Program-made: the position numbers and the translations under genes | Source of the DNA: Azolla caroliniana | Lineage: Eukaryota > Plantae > Polypodiophyta | Length of the DNA: 64,000 nt | NCBI GenBank assembly: GCA_043228905.1 | Contig: JBHGNT010000006.1 | Location: 12,462,001-12,526,000, forward strand | Direction of reading: 5' to 3' | In this document: one piece after another, positions 49,238 through 61,700 of the stretch | Layout: the number at the start of each line of letters is the position of its first letter | How positions within the stretch are numbered: position 1 is the first letter of the stretch | The notes under the pieces: generated by a model | Database searches by the model: none | What the model was told of the DNA's origin: nothing | What the model saw: only the letters and a program-made list of their open reading frames with translations

Positions 49238-49740
49238 TGCCTAGATTTTTATCCATGGGTTTTATAACTACGTCGTGATTGTTTTTGAGATTATGTAGTG
49301 CAATTCTAAAGTTCCTATGAGGGTGAGGTTGGATGGTGGGTGGGGAGGGGAGGGCAAAGGTGATATATGTGATGGTTTGTGTGATTTCTAGCACACCTGG
49401 GGGATTCCAACTAGGGTTCGGTATTCTAAATGGAGAGATGATGAGTTTCTAAAGAAAAACCTAAGGCGGTAGGTTCTATCCAAGGATGCGACGACATCTA
49501 TCAAATGTTGTTTTCTAATAGGTTGGGGTGGGGGAATAAAGTCTAGAACTAAGCTCCGAAGTTTGAGTTGGGGTGGAGGAAGGTTGTGCAATGAGTGATT
49601 TGTGATCCTATTCTCGAGTTGTGAAGGTGTTTGCCTTCTGAACTTTGGGGAAATTGCCCGATACCTGGACAGAATTTGTCACAGTTTTTAAGGGCCAATT
49701 TCTGCAACCTCCCTCTCGAACCGAGGCAGCACAAGCTTTA
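49238..49740 (-). mobile_element. Penelope-like element (PLE) RT N-terminal fragment
   Basis: LVLDFIPPP...LDRTYRLRFFF followed by ALHNLKNNHDVVIKPMDKNLG, resembling the PLE L-G-F-P, R-R-L-F and DKG/DKN motifs as I recall them. Confidence 0.6.
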
Positions 49741-49799
49741 ATGAACCTCTCTAGCAGGAAGTTTTCCTCGCTAGAAGACTAGGTCCACCAATCCAAAAA

Positions 49800-52700
49800 T
49801 CTGGTCTAGAAGGAGACAATTGGTTAATAGCTTGTTTTGTCAATGGCATCCCCAATTAGGACTATCACTGGATAGTGCACGATAAGGATCCAAAATCCTT
49901 CGAAGAGGTCGTTGAAATAGTTCTTCGCTATCAACGCACTTCGAAGGACCATAACAAACCCAACGAAGCGCCCGGGACTAAGCAGTCACAATTCGCTGGG
50001 AAACGCAAGACACCCAACGAATCCATGGATCGTGATTGTAAGCGACAACATCCTTTTTGCATATTCTGCAAAGAGAAGGGTCATACAAAAGAACAACATC
50101 GAAAGCTCCAACGGAAAGAGCACGACAACAAAGCAAAAGTTGTAGACCATAAAGGTCAGATTCCTAATGTCCTTGAGGCCTATACACATCATTTAAGTAA
50201 TTGTCAATGTTCTTTCCCTCACTATGTATTGGGTCCCAATTATTTACTACGTGCAAACGGGTATATCAATGGATCTCCCGTACAATTTTTGTTTGATTTG
50301 GGAAGCTCACACAACTTTGTGAATGATCGTTTGGTTCAGATATGGGGAATCCAACCCACCGCAATTGATCACACCTATACAGTGCACTTGGCTGATGGAA
50401 GAGTAGAATACATCAACGGGGCGATTCATTCATTAGGAATTTCTATTGATACTTATATAGAGGAAGTAGACTTCCATGTAATGAATCTTTGTACCACTAA
50501 TGTAATACTAGGTTATCCCTGGTTCTATAATAAAAACTCTTCTTTATCTATTGATTGGGTTCATCATTCAATAACTTTTGTACTAAACGATTGTACTCAT
50601 TTTATTCAATGTGTAAAAAAACAATCCCTCTCGATTGTTTCCTCTCCATCAATATCTGAGTTGTCTTGTTCTACTCTATTTTATTGCGTACTTGATTCAG
50701 ATATTCACGTTTACAATATTGATAATGTCTCAGTTCAATTAACATATTTTGAACAACAACATCTTGATGAAATCTTAAATGATTTTCGTGATGTTTTTCT
50801 GAGTGAACTACCATATGGGTTACCTCCTAAACGTAATATAGACCATCGTATAGATATTGTACCTGGCGTTGCACCAATAAGTATACCTCCTTATCGCTTA
50901 AGTCGATCTGAAGAGGATGAGGTATCTAAGCACCTCAAGGACTATTTACGAATGGGTTATATACGTTATAGTACATCTCCATGGGGTGCACCAGTTCTCT
51001 TGGTTAAAAAGAAAGATGTCACATGGCGTATGTGTATTAATTACCGACGCTTGAATAAAGTGACAATCAAGAATTTGTATCCATTGCCCTGAATTGACGA
51101 TCTAATTGACCGTCTCTAGGAAGCTCGGTATTTTACGAAACTTGATCTTCGTACTGGCTACCATCAAATTCGTATAAGTGAGGAAGATGTTCCTAAAACA
51201 ACATTTCGTACGCGCTATGGCCTTTATGAGTTTTTGGTTATGCCTTTTAGTTTGACCAATGCTCCGGCTACATTTCAACAAGAAATGAATGACATTTTCC
51301 GAGGACAACTTGGAAAATTTGTCGTTATTTTCTTGGATGATATTTTAGTTTACAGTCGTACATTACAAGAACATGCTAAACATGTCCGCTTTGTTTTACA
51401 AACATTGCGTGACAAGCAGTTTTATGCGAACATCTCAAAATGTGAGTTCTTCAAGAAATCAATTACTTATCTTGGACATCTCATAACCGAATGAGGAGTT
51501 GAAGTTGATCCTTCTCGCATCGAGAAAATCAAGCTTTGGCCTCCTCTTCGGAATATTCGAGAAGTTCGATCATTCCTTGGTTTTGTCGGGTTTTTGCGAA
51601 AATCCCTTCGTAATTACTCCCAATTGACGACGCCGTTTACTGATCTTCTAAAAGGTCAAACCCGTAAGTCTACAAAACCTATTGTGTGGAATGCTACACT
51701 AGACCTCACCTTTAAGGAACTCAAGGACCTGGTGTGCAAGGCTCCTTCACTTCTTTTACCCGATCCTTCAAAACCTTTTGAGGTTGAAACCGATGCAAGC
51801 GTTTATGCTATTGGTGTTGTTTTATATCAAGATGGTAAACCAATAGCATTCGAGAGTAAGAAACTTGATTCTGCTCAATGTCGGTATACCGTTCAAGAAA
51901 AAGAGTTATTTGCAGTTATACATGCGCTCAAAACATAACACCATTATCTTTATGGAAATCATTTTGTGGTAACTACGGACCACGAGTCCTTGAAATATTT
52001 TTGTGACCAACAAGACCTGAAAGGTCGTAAGGCACGATGGGTTCATCTCATCCAGGACTTTGATTTTTCCATACGATATCATAAAGGTTCCATGAACATT
52101 GTCGTTGATGCACTGAGTCGCATCCATGAAGTTAACATGCTTAGCTTCACTGAAATAACATCAGATCTTTATGATCACCTTCGAGGAAAGTATCCTTATG
52201 ACAGTTATTTTGCGAAATACTGGGCAAGAGTTGAGTTTAGAACAAACACCACCACATCCTCGAAGGAATCCTTCCACATTGCTAATGGTCTGCTCTACCG
52301 TAATGGGAAGGTTTGTGTTCCAGATTCGCCTGAGGTCAAAAAGAGAATTCTTTTTTAATGCCATGATGCACGCTCTACGGGGCACCCTGGAATACATCGT
52401 ACACTCGTTCCCATCTCCACTCAATTCTATTGCCCTAAGATGTGCCGCTATGTGACTAAATGTCACCAATGTCAGGTTAACAAAGCCGAGCGACTTAAAT
52501 CCACAAGACTTTTACATCCCTTCATTCCCAATAATAAGTGGGAAAGTATATCCATGGATTTTATTGTTAGCCTTCCTCGCACCCAAAAAAGGCCATGATG
52601 CCATCTGGGTTGTGGTTGATAAACTAACTAAAATGGCCAGATTTATTGCTAGTAAAACCACGGTAACAACTCCTGAATTGGCTTACCAATTTGTTGACGA

Positions 52701-54062
52701 GTTATTTCGTTTTTATGGGTTACCGATGGATATCGTGAGTGATCGAGATCCAAAGTTTACTAGTGACTTCTGGACGCAAGTCTTTAAGAAGTTAGAAACT
52801 ACATTGAGCATGAGCTCCACGGATCATCCTCAATCCGATGGATAGACAGAAGTCGTAAATAAAATTATTGAGGACATGCTTTGAGCATAAGTTGGTGCAA
52901 AACCAACAAAATGGGAACGTTATCTCCCAATTTTGGAGTTTGCTTATAACAACCCCAAGCATATGTCGGCGGGATATAGTCCTTTTATGTTGATGTATGG
53001 TTTTCAGCCACGAGCCCTGATTGATGTTAATATACATCATGATTAGTTGCGAAGTACTCAAAACTTTCTTCGGGATATGCAAGATATGTTGGATATTGCA
53101 TGAGATAATATAAAAATAGCTCAAGATAGAGCGTTTTTTATGTCGATCATCATAGGCAACCTCGTGTATTCAACCCTGGACAAAAGGTATTTTTACGTGT
53201 ACCTCACAATTCTAAGACATTGTCTAAGGGTAAGTGCGCTAAGTTAGCCCCACGGTTTTGTGGACCTTTTACAGTCCTCAAATACATTGGGTCATTAGCC
53301 TATCGTCTCGCTCTTCCCAATGGTGTTGAAATTCATCCAGTTTTTCATATGAGTCGTCTAAAAGAACTTCTAGGTTCTGGTGACAATATAGTTACAACTG
53401 AAACTCTGGTTACTTCTAAAGAATTATCTTCTAAACCACATGTACCAGAAAGAATTCTCAATGTTAAAACAAAAAAAATATGTACTACAGAAATCCGAGA
53501 ATGTAAAATAAAATGGATGGATAAATCAATAAAAGATGCCACATGGGAGCGCGAAAATACTCTCAGATCTAACTTTCCATTGCAAGAGTGCAATGTTTTA
53601 AAGAGGGGGAATATGTTACAGGCATGACCATATAATATCCCGTGATGAGAATTTACTGTAGTATTCTATACACGTGGATAAGTGTGAGGTTTAAACGAGA
53701 GTGTAAAGAAGGGGAGAATTACTTTTAATCCTCAGGATTGAGACAACCCATTAGGCCAAGTGTGAACTTGCCTGGGGGCCTTGGGTATCGCTATAAATAA
53801 GAGGCCTAGCTACCCTCATTTCATCATCTTTTGACTACGTCGAGACTCTGTTTCGTGGTGGTTCAACTCTTGTAGTGAGCGCGCCAACACCAGGTACGAC
53901 TCGACGCCACGACAGTGGTATGGGACGCCGATCGAGGCTCGAGTCCGTCTCGATCCCTTCACTCGAGGGTGGTCGGGTGGATCGTCATCCTTCTTTCTCT
54001 CTCTCCTTTCTATCTATCTACCTATCATTCTTTTCTCCTTATCATACGCTTACATTAGATCA
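49800..54062 (+). mobile_element. Decayed Ty3/gypsy chromovirus (gag end-PR-RT-RH-IN-chromodomain, PPT, 3' LTR from 53614)
   Basis: [53 protein letters not shown] and chromodomain-like PERIL...IKW...ATWE. PPT aagaggggga at 53601. Many stops; LTR right end uncertain. Confidence 0.85.
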
Positions 54063-55067
54063 TATCTCTAATAGTTGGTATGGGATAAGCATAGCTTTGT
54101 CCATAACTTGGGATAAAGGACGGAGCCCCTTGAGAAGGAGGTGAGGGTAGTGGGGGATAGATTTGATGTTTTGTGTGTCCTTGTGCCCCCGTTTTTTGTC
54201 AGGGGCATAGCCACGTTTTTTGGATGTGTGTTGGGGTTTTCCTTATTAATTTTGTCTAGCAATGGTTTAAGGTAATTGTCTACTTCATTCTTGAACTTTT
54301 TTAGCCCGTCATCTGTTAGAGTATTTATTGTTTTTTCTTTGCCCCTCGTCATGGATTTGGAGACAATGGTGTCTTGGGCTGATTTATTAGCCGCTTTAGT
54401 TTTAGCTTCTAAGGAAATCTGTATGCTAAATTCTAAGGTGGCTTGGCATATGCAGTTACAAAACACAGTTATGGCATCGCTCACTTGCTCTTCTCTTGTT
54501 CTCACTCTTCTTTATCGCTAGCTACAACAAAGGATCAACAATTGTTCTCACTACACTATCTATCACCTCAAAGTGTTTGCCTTGTGTGGCTAATACACTC
54601 GGTGTAGAGAGTGTTGTGCTCTGATCTCGTTGTTGTATATCCATTGTATAGTGAAGCTCTGTTCTCTGTGGTTTTCTCCCACTTTAGCATTTCTACGTTA
54701 AATTTGTGTACACTATTTTCTGTGTTCCAGAGGTGTGTATTTCAGCATATTACTTTTCTTGTGGATTGACGATTCATTTCCCGACACATCCAACCACGAG
54801 CGATAAGTCGGCCTTCTTTTTTGATGTAACATCCTCCATTGTTGAAGTGGACTTGCATGCCTTGTTTGACTATATGGCCAACTGAGACCAAGTTCTTTGT
54901 TATTGTAGGAACATGCAGAACATCCTTGATGTAGGAACATTCCCCAAATGGGACATTGCCGACATGCTGAATGGGGTGAATTGTGTTATCCCCTATTTCC
55001 ACATAGCTAGAACGTTTGGGCTTTCATAGCTCCTTGAACCAATCCTCATGGGATGTCATGTGGTTGG

Positions 55068-55768
55068 TGTTGGGAATATGTCCCTCTAGTGGGAGGAGGA
55101 ACCGACTGTCCAGAAGTTGCTGACAGTCGATGACTACGAGGAGCTGACTGATCGGACCAAGGAGTGCCGACAGATGAAGACAGGGAAAATCCGACTGTTC
55201 GGAAAGCCGACAATCGAAGAGTCAAAAACAATAAGTCGATTGTTTGATAGTTCGACTATTATTATTATAGCAATAATAATAATGATACGTAGCAGAGGCT
55301 ACATTTGTAAATAAATACACTTAAGTATAAATACACTTAAGGCAAAATGTGAGAAAGGATTTTTTTTGTAGAACAGAAGTAGCACGAGAGCGTGAGAGAC
55401 AGAGAGAGTGAGTGTAATCGGCGCCATAGCTGTGTGCGTAACAACAGACGTCAAGAGCCCTGCGTGGATGATACACTCAAAGGGGTGTTGTAACATTCTG
55501 TGTTGTATATCCACTATACATAGTGAAGTTCTGTTCCCGTGGTTTTCTCTTGTTTTAGGGTTTCCACATTAAATCTCTGTGCACCATTGTTTGTCCTTTC
55601 CTTTCTGGCATATATGTGATTCGTATTTCAACACAATTCGTTCATTGCGATTTGACCGAACGATTTCTCAACAAACTAGTATCAGAGCCTGAGGTGCAAG
55701 CATGGAAGGAGGTGTGAGCAGTTTCCCAAGTATGATAGTTCTAAACCCATAGAACTATGCAGACTGGA
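55068..55768 (+). mobile_element. Copia 5' LTR (55068-55673), PBS and gag start, related to the intact element at 20624
   Basis: TGTTGGGA...CAACA-aac-tagtatcagagc. MEGGVSSFPSMIVLNP*NYADW compares with MEGGGSGQPGMMVLTAQNYADW. Confidence 0.75.
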
Positions 55769-57790
55769 ATATCCCACTTAAGTACAAGGTCCTATTTAAG
55801 GTGTTATAGTCAACACTTCTAACTAGATTCTATCTAGGTAACTACGAAGTTACATGGTTGACTAACTAACTACATGCTTGATCTCTCAACACGCCCCCTC
55901 AAGCTCAAGTGTGAGGCATCCAACATCCACTTTGGCTTTCGGCATTGTCCGGCTTTCTATGTCGGCTTTTGTGCGGCTTCCGTCTGTCCTTCGGCTTTCT
56001 TTTCCATGGCAATCTCGGGTCCTCCCCCTCAAGCCGGTGACGAAGGCTTGCAGTGTGTGGGCGAAGGCCAACTACTTCCACCCATCGTGGGTTATGAGCC
56101 ACTTCGGTGGAGCTCTTGGGCTCTTGTTTGGCCACTACCTTCATCGCAAAGGTATAGTGATGGGCCATGTACTCGTTGTAGCCGTGCCGAGTGACGGGGT
56201 TCTTAGCTCTTGATGAGTGTCGAATTTTTTCGCTTGCCGATGTGAGCGCCTTCTTTAATCCGGGTGTCTGCATGATGGGTACACCAAAATCACTGTCTAG
56301 TGAGGGAGCCAACACACCCGAATCACTATTGTCAGGGTGATCGACTTTGTATTCGGGCATCTTACCTTTGCCTTTGTCCAAGTTCGTACTTGGCTGTGAC
56401 GTGCTTGGGTCGCATGGAGGCTCTTGTGGCCCACTAGGCCTTGCCGTAATTGGACTTTCTTCGAACATGTGTTCGAAGCAATTTCCATCTTTTACCTCTT
56501 GTTCGGCGGATTCCGGGTCGAGCGGAGTCGGAGTGAAAGTTGTCTCTGGTGCGTACCGGGATGTGGACTCTTCGAAGACTACATCTTGACTTACCCGAAC
56601 CGCTCGGGTAGAAGGGTTGTAGAACTTGTATGCCTTCTTCTCGGACGAGTATCCAATGAGGATACATTCCTCCGACTTCGCGTCGGGCTTCTATCGGCTT
56701 TCGTTCGGGATGCGTACATTCGCAATGCTTCTGAACACCTTGAGGTGCGACAGGATTGGCTTGCTTCCGACAAGGAGCTCGTATGGAGTTAGCTCATGCA
56801 CTCCATTCGTGGTGCACCGGTTCATGAGATAGATGGCCGTGGATGCCGCGTCGGCCCAATAGAAGTTTGGCATGTGCTTCTCATGTAACATGGCCCATGC
56901 TACCTCGAGTATTTGCCGATTTTTGCTTTCGGCAACTCCAGTTTGTTGGGGTGTGTGTCGGCACGAGAATTCTCTCTGAATGCCTTCACTTTGGAGGTAG
57001 GAGGTGAATTCGTCGGAGAAGTACTCCTTTCCTCCATCCGATCGTAGGCATCAAATGTGCCGACCAGTTTCTTTTTCGACTTACCCATTGAGCTTTTGGA
57101 AGTGGGAGAACATTTCTCTCTTCTTCATCGGGAAGATCCACACATAGCGCGTGTAGTCTTCAATGAAGGTGATATAGAATCGGCATCCGCCAATCGTCGG
57201 CGTTTGAGCCAGTCCCCATACATCCGAGTGTATGATGTCAAGGAGCCTTTGCTCGCGTGGCTCTCCTTCGGGAATGGGAGTCGATGTTGTTTGCCGAGTT
57301 GACATGCTTCGCATACTCGGTCAACTTGAATGTCGGAAGTCCAATGAAGACTCCCTCCGTTTGCATCATTCGAAGCCGTTGGAGGTTTATGTGGCCGATT
57401 CTCTTGTGCCACAACTCGATGCTTGTCTCAGTTTTGAGAACTTTGGCATACAGGGCTGATTTCACCTTGTTCGAATCAAGGATGAACATCCGACCGTCTC
57501 TCCGTCCCTTGGCTATGAGTCGACCATCTTTCTCGATGAAGCGGACTTGCATGCCTTGCTCCACAATTTGGCCTACGAGACCAAATTTTTCGTTATTGTG
57601 GGCACATGCAAGACATTCTTGATGCAAGTTTGTTCGCCTTCTTTCCCGAACAGGACATTGCAGCGATCTGGCGTTCGTAAATCACGAAACCACTTTTCGT
57701 GAGATGTCATGTGATGTGAGGCACCAAAATTGACGAACCACACGTCTTCCGAGTTGGAGACGGAATTGACGAACCACACGTCTTGTAAAG
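55769..57790 (-). mobile_element. Second RT-less copia family member (PR-IN-PPT-partial LTR)
   Basis: Homologous to 32700-34720, with the same ...SLRHRLEGE...LTLELEGAC tail. LTR remnant 55769-55891. Confidence 0.85.
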
Positions 57791-57819
57791 GAGAACCATG
57801 CCGGTGCGTCAACAAGTGC

Positions 57820-58365
57820 ACCCACCGACAGTCGGATGTTGTACATGGAGGCGGATTGGCCTCGTGTGCGTGGTGGACGAGGCGGGTCGACACGCAATGG
57901 AGGCGGCCGGCAAGGTCAAGACCGACGGCACAGAGACTGTGCTGACAGTAGTTCTGGGACTTCCACAAGCAGGGGGAGTCAAGGCGGTGCCGGAAGCTGG
58001 CAAGACAAATCTGCCACGGAATGTTGGTACTGTGGTAAAAAGAGCCATAGAGAAAGCGAGTTATGGAAGAAGCACGCCGATTCAGACAGATTTGGATCCG
58101 GCAAAACCGGTCGGGAAAACCGGCAAAGCTCGCACTATGCACAAGGATCGAGAGGATCCGGAACCGGGAAGACCGGTAAGGGGCCAGCCTTGGTGATGAA
58201 GCACGAGGCAAATTCGATGAAGAAGACCACTTCCAAATCGGAGGAAGTGTGGTACGTTGATTCCGGTGCGTCAAATCACATGACGAGCCACAAAGAGTGG
58301 TTCTCCTTCTTGGAGAAACCGGAACAACTAGGAGTTGTCGAAACAGGAGACGACACTCCGCACCG
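57820..58365 (+). mobile_element. Copia gag zinc knuckle and protease fragment
   Basis: ECWYCGKKSH and WYVDSGASNHMT. Confidence 0.8.
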
Positions 58366-58733
58366 AATCATGCAGACTATTCATACAACAAGCCCATTTT
58401 CATGATCGTGGATACTAGTCCGACCGGAATTGGATGGGTTATCAACCAAGAAGACGAAGATTGCAACCGATATGCAATTTGGTTTGGCACAAAAGTGTTA
58501 AGTGATAGGCAAAGAAGGTATGCCCAAGTGAAGAGGGAGCTATGGGGAATCGTATCGACAATCAATTGTGATCGTGACTACCTTATTGGAGCATAAGTCA
58601 TAATCGAGACAGATTTCCTACCAATCTTGGGTATGATATCTGGTTGTAGTACACCAGATATTGCCATGCGACGTTGGATTGCATATATCAAATCACACAA
58701 CCCAGAGATCCGTCATGTAGGTGGGAAGCGTAA
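58366..58733 (+). mobile_element. Gypsy-type RNase H fragment
   Basis: IVDTSPTGIGW...YAQVKRELWG...ETD...RWIAYI. Confidence 0.75.
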
Positions 58734-61700
58734 TGACTCCTACTATTCACACGTTTATACAAGGGTAAGTGCTCATGGTGCACACCGCCGATTCTCCCGA
58801 TATTCTTCGATTCCGCCTAGGGACGATTTTCTCCACGACATCCACCCCCACCGAACCGCGCATCCACTGGTATGCGCCAAAATAGACTCTTTGCTGGAGA
58901 AGACCGGTCCGCGCTTACCCTTTGTCCTCCGGATCTCCATTCGCTTGGAACCGGTCGTCCTCGTTATCCAAATCACTCGGGTTCGGTTCATCCTCGTGCG
59001 CTTGCCTGTCCGTAGGCCCATTCGACCCGCCAATAGGTCGTTCGCCGCGACCCCGTAGCATGCGTACTTCGTTGTTGGCCCTCCACTTGGCCGAATGTAC
59101 GCTCCGCTATCCACCATAAGTTCGGGGCCCTCCGCTTGAGGAGCGCCCGTAACGGCCCTCTTGGCCTCAGTTCATTGCCGCGTTGTCTTGGTCGCCGTCT
59201 GTGCCGCCACTACCGTCTATCACTCTTGGTCTCACACGGGCTCTTGGTCAGATGTCGGAGTCTCCAGAGTCGGTGCGTGCAAAGACTCAGCCCCACCGTG
59301 TCCCTGTTAGGAAACAGGTCCCTCCGGATGGGAAGTGAGAAGAACAGTACTGATGAGCAAATTCAGCTACGGAAGACCCGGTGAGAGCTGGATGAAGAGT
59401 ACCTGGCTACAGAAGACCTGGTGAGAATCGGATGACGAGTACCTGGCTACGGAAGACCCGGTGAGAACTAGATGACGAGTACCCGGCAAGAGCTGGATGG
59501 TGAAGCCCGGTGAGGAGTGCTCACCGGATGAACGGACATATTCGTAAATATGTTTTCTGAGAGTCCATCGGGGCTATATTTGTAAATAGCCGAAAAGTCA
59601 TATTAGTATAAATATGACTTAGGGCAAACTTAGAAGTTATTATTGTCGTTGTTGCGATTGTGAGAGAGCAACCGTGTACAGAGAGAGAGAGAGAGTGAGC
59701 TCGAGATATAGAGAGGTCATTGCCTCTGTTGTAACCGCCACCTGTGGCGAAGATCGTGAGCATGAGGTTGTTGCCTCCATGGGCCTGTGGCGGTGGAGGA
59801 TCCTTCTCCGGCCTGTATCTTTCCAGGTTTCTGACCCGTGCAGCTCGTCGCACACCCCTTTCCGCGTTCCCGGCACCACCGCGTGCATGCCATCCTTTAG
59901 TCGTGCTCTGATTCGGCCCTCGATGGCCACTTGCACGATTCTTCTTCAACTTTGGGTGTGCCCTTCCTGGCTTGGCACACCGCCCGTACTTGCCCTTACC
60001 GGCTCCCTTGGAAACCGTAACCGGCCGGTAGGGTGTGGGGGGGGGGGGGGGGGGATTGCACTTACACAGCTTCCGTATTGCCGGCAATTGTCGATGTCGG
60101 GTCTTGTTCCTTGCTGCCACCATCCTTCTCTCTCGGTTGTACATTGCCACGTTGGCCGAACAGCCGGAGTCTCTGGATCAGTGTGAAGATCCCATAGGAC
60201 CGGTCTTCGTTTCGTTGCTTGCCGAAATTCGGGTGTCTTTTGTTTGAGTCCCTCCCGGACTCTCCTCGTGTCTTCCGCGTAGTCGGGTCTCGTTTCCCGC
60301 CGCCACCAGCCTTCTCTCACCGTCTCACGTCGCCACGCTGGCCGAACTGCCGTGGTCTCTGGTCTGGTGTCGGGATCCCGTAGGACCGAACTTCCTCATG
60401 CCCATGACCTTGCCGGTAGGTCTAATTCGGTTCGTAGCCGCCTCGCCGGCCTGATACCTTCCTGCTCTGCTTTCCATTGTTTGATCACGTTCACCTACCA
60501 CCACCGTCCCTTACTATAGGACTCACGCCGGCTCTCGGGCCGACCGTCGGGTCGGTGTGAGGATCTTTGTGGGACCTCCCCTTCGGGTTTCGGTTGTCCG
60601 CCTTGCTGCCGCCACCGTTCCTTACTCTAGGTCTCACGCAGGCTCTCGTTGCCGGCTACCGGAGTCTGTAGAACCGGTGTGTGTAAGGTCGCAGCAACAC
60701 TGCTCTGCCTTCGCCACCCTTTTGTTGGTCGCGTTCACCTGCCGCCACTGATCTCTCCTATAGGACTCACGTTGGCACTTAGGCCGACCGCCAAATCGTT
60801 GTGAGGATCTCTGTAGACCGCCCATCCGCAGTTCTTTGCCTTCGTCCCCTCGCCGCCACCGATCATCACTCTAGGTCTTACGTCTGTGGAACCGGTGTGA
60901 AGGTTCCTCCTCGGGCTTATTGTATCTCTGACCCATACCCCAGGTCTTCCTTCTTTCGCAAGTCAAGAGGGTGGCTCGCTCCACACCCTCTCCCATGGTA
61001 CCGACGTACCGTGTTCCCGGCCTCTTCATAGGCCTACTCTTCCTCCCTCCTGGAATGGTTATCCGGAAGTCCACTCCGCCCGGTTCTCGTCCATCATTCT
61101 CTGGATTGCCGGGTCCCATTCTCCTGTCGCCACCGATCTCTCCTATAGGACTCACGCCAGCACACGGGCCGACAGCCGGATCGGTGTGAGGATCTCCGTA
61201 GGACTAGTCTTCGTTCTCCTCTTCATCCTCTGTACTTCTCCCGAACTCGTTGTCGCTCTCCCTGCTATGCTCCTGCCACCATCTTCCATCTCTTTCGGTC
61301 TCACGTTGCCACGCCGGCCGAACTGCCGAAGTCTCCGGACAAGATGTGGGGTAAACGATTTCGCAACATCTTTTGGCGACTTGTCCAAGGCCACCGACCC
61401 TTTTAGTGGTGTCGGTGGAAAGCATCCATTCTGTGATCAACCAAGCCCCGCCTGAGCTTGATTCTCCAATGTCCGAGGTTTCGGCTCTGATGCCGAACTC
61501 GCTAAACTCGTTCCGAACCCTTGATCACCTTCTTCCCAATGTCCCGACCTTCGCCCGACCGGTCTTTCTCCCCATGTAAAAGAGGGCGGCTCGTTCCGCA
61601 CCCTCTCCCGTATCGGCACCTTCATGCCGATTCTGGCCCTCGTTGAATAATCCACGACCGGATCGCGCCCCACCCGAATCGGAGTGCCGCGTGGGTCGGT

